Positions 61,891-64,000 of a stretch of 64,000 bases of DNA are shown in pieces. A program made the translations under genes and the position numbers. Below the pieces are notes generated by a model, which saw only the letters and a list, made by a program, of their open reading frames with translations, was not told the origin of the DNA and did no database searches. Each line of letters opens with the position of its first letter. Within the stretch, counting starts at the first letter, position 1. Origin of the DNA: Flaccisagitta enflata (taxonomy: Eukaryota); NCBI GenBank assembly GCA_965153355.1, contig OZ231126.1, forward strand, positions 20,398,001 to 20,462,000, written 5' to 3'.

Positions 61891-62625
61891 ATTTCTCAGA
61901 TTGTTCTCGTTTTCCATAACCGTGACAGCTCTGTTTTACAAATTTATATCTTTACTGCCGGTCAAAAAATATTCTTGTGACATTCCCGTTATTTCTGTAA
62001 CTGTTAAACTTTCTTAATTTTACATTCTACTTTTCCGTTATGTTGTGTTTTCAACTTTTTCGAAGCATATCAGATGTATTGGACAACGGAATCCCTCAGC
62101 CACTTCTTACCACCTCAATGCGGTTTTGTGGAAAGTTGCATCCACGCTCGGCTCTAATGCGACGTGGGATGGCCCGCAATAGATGAGGGCATAGTCAAGT
62201 CAATGGGTGTCCAATCTCGCGTATCTGCCTGTTTGAAGCTCAAAGTGAGATAATTCAACGTCGGGACGTCGCGACGTCCCGACGCGTTGATAACCACTTC
62301 GTTCCGGTTGAGCACCATCGTCGACGTCAAGGCGCGACATGTTTCTCCCGTATCAGTCCGACCTCTTTGAAGATACAAAATGTAAAAATAAAAAGCGTTG
62401 AGGTGGTAAGAAGTGGCTGAGGGATTCTGTTGTCCAATACATCTGATATTCTGCGAAAAAGTTGAAAACACAACATAATGGTAAAGTAGAATGTAAAATA
62501 AAGAAAGTTTAACAGTTACAGAAATAACGGGAATGTCACCAGAATATTTTTTGACCGGCAGTAAAGATATAAATTTGTAAAACAGAGCTGTCACGGTTAT
62601 GGAAAACGAGAACAATCTGAGAAAT
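61891..62625. repeat. Inverted repeat (arms 61891-62121 / 62395-62625) with ~270-bp spacer
   Basis: ATTTCTCAGATTGTTCTCGTTTTCCATAACCGTGACAGCTCTG... and its reverse complement. Confidence 0.9.
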
Positions 62626-64000
62626 TTGATGTAAACGCCAACATGGGCCAGTCATGGATCTTTTGAGAAACTGAGCCTTTGTTTCTTTGTAAGCGGGATT
62701 TGTCAGCCAAAAAAATGTTAAGTAGGCTTAGCACAGATAAGGTGGTAAAACATGGATACGCTACAGTTCTGGTTTAACACCTATTGATATCTTTGGAACT
62801 TTTTTTACTCTTTTCACTCCTGCTTGTTTGAATTTTTCTATTTTAAAAAGCACACCCAACAGTCATTGTTGATCAGTTTTAACACCCTGTTATATCTTTT
62901 GAACTGAGCTGTACCTTTGGTGTTATTTATTTCTTGTCCAACGTGACCGCGATATCGGACGCTAGATATCTAGACTGCGTGGTTTCTCGATGCCTAGACT
63001 GACTATGCTCCTTCTTGACGAGCGGATTCATAGCAATATAACGTACGTGGTCGTTGATATTTGGTTGAATCGCTTACAAGTTCTATTTAAAAAAGAGAAA
63101 AGGGAAATGATGGATTTGATAGGAAAAGGGGAGCGAAAAGAGAGGAAAAAAGATGGAGGGGAAAAGCTGGGCAAGAAGATAAGAAGGAGAAAAATGTGAT
63201 GAAACTTGATCCAGTATAACAGATACCACTGTAACTTACTTTTTGGAGCGCTGTATAATTGGTTTGTTGTAATACAGTGGAAATCCCATGAAACGAAACA
63301 AGGAGATGCGGAGGAAGCAATGTGTACACAATTTTTTTTATTTCACATGAATTCTTTACACTGTGCAAAGGAGAAAATGAGAAAAGGTTAAAAGGAGAAA
63401 AAGTAGGCCACGGACAGACCAACCGCTGGAAGGACGAGCATTTGTGTGAAAAGAGTATTTTTGTTAATTAATGCGGGGCAGGCAGAAAATAAACAGTGTG
63501 CGCGCAGATGGCTTATAACGGAAAAAGAGAGAAATTGAATCGAGCGAGGCGTGATAAAAGTTCTGAGTTTGTTGGAAGAGAGTTTGTAATTGGTCGGATT
63601 TGAGGATTAAGCGCGAGAGATAATCGTGACGATAAGAGCAATCGTGCCAGCGTTTGACACTTCGGCATTCCTTTATTTTAAGTACAAGATTGGTTTGTTG
63701 AACATGTTCGTTTTGGACCCAGGCCGTTGTTCGTGGACCTTTTACAACATCGTTTTTGGTTCTGCTGTTTCCCTGGTTGGTGTGGACCCTAGGAAATCAT
63801 GTCTACCTCAGTCAGTCCTGGATCAGGTACTGTATTTTTTTTCGTCAGGGTATCTGCGTTTTTTTTTTTTTTTTTTATTTAAAGGGTTGGGGGTGGGGTT
63901 GGCCTGACTGTGCGCATTGCACTGTCATTCTCATGTTTTGGTATCCATATTTAGGTATCTTTTTAGAAACACAATATCTCTCCTTCAATTTCTTCTAGAT

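Overview
Eukaryotic (invertebrate-like) genomic DNA, extremely rich in non-autonomous transposons and simple repeats. Two clear host genes are divergently oriented: an OXR1/NCOA7-family gene (LysM-GRAM-TLDc, 1047 aa, uninterrupted CDS, minus strand) and a 7-exon RPRD1A/B-family gene (CID domain, 360 aa, plus strand). Manual splicing reveals minus-strand exons missed by the ORF track that encode YWTD/LDLR-class-B-like beta-propeller sequence. One set (58491-48322) is largely intact. A second set (~38140-14750) carries in-frame stops and a transposon inside an exon. Their introns are inflated by nested elements: a 13 kb composite foldback with a ~526 bp higher-order repeat, Chapaev-like, piggyBac-like and TA-target MITEs, Helentron-like (HINE) elements carrying minisatellites, and a candidate Crypton-like insertion. 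A young TRIM-like LTR element lies between the two host genes. A TIR element at 59.9-61.8 kb carries inverted-duplicated coding-like cargo with motifs resembling histone H3 K9 and K27 contexts. No rRNA, tRNA, CRISPR array or intact transposase was recognised. All family assignments come from motif recognition only, without database searches.
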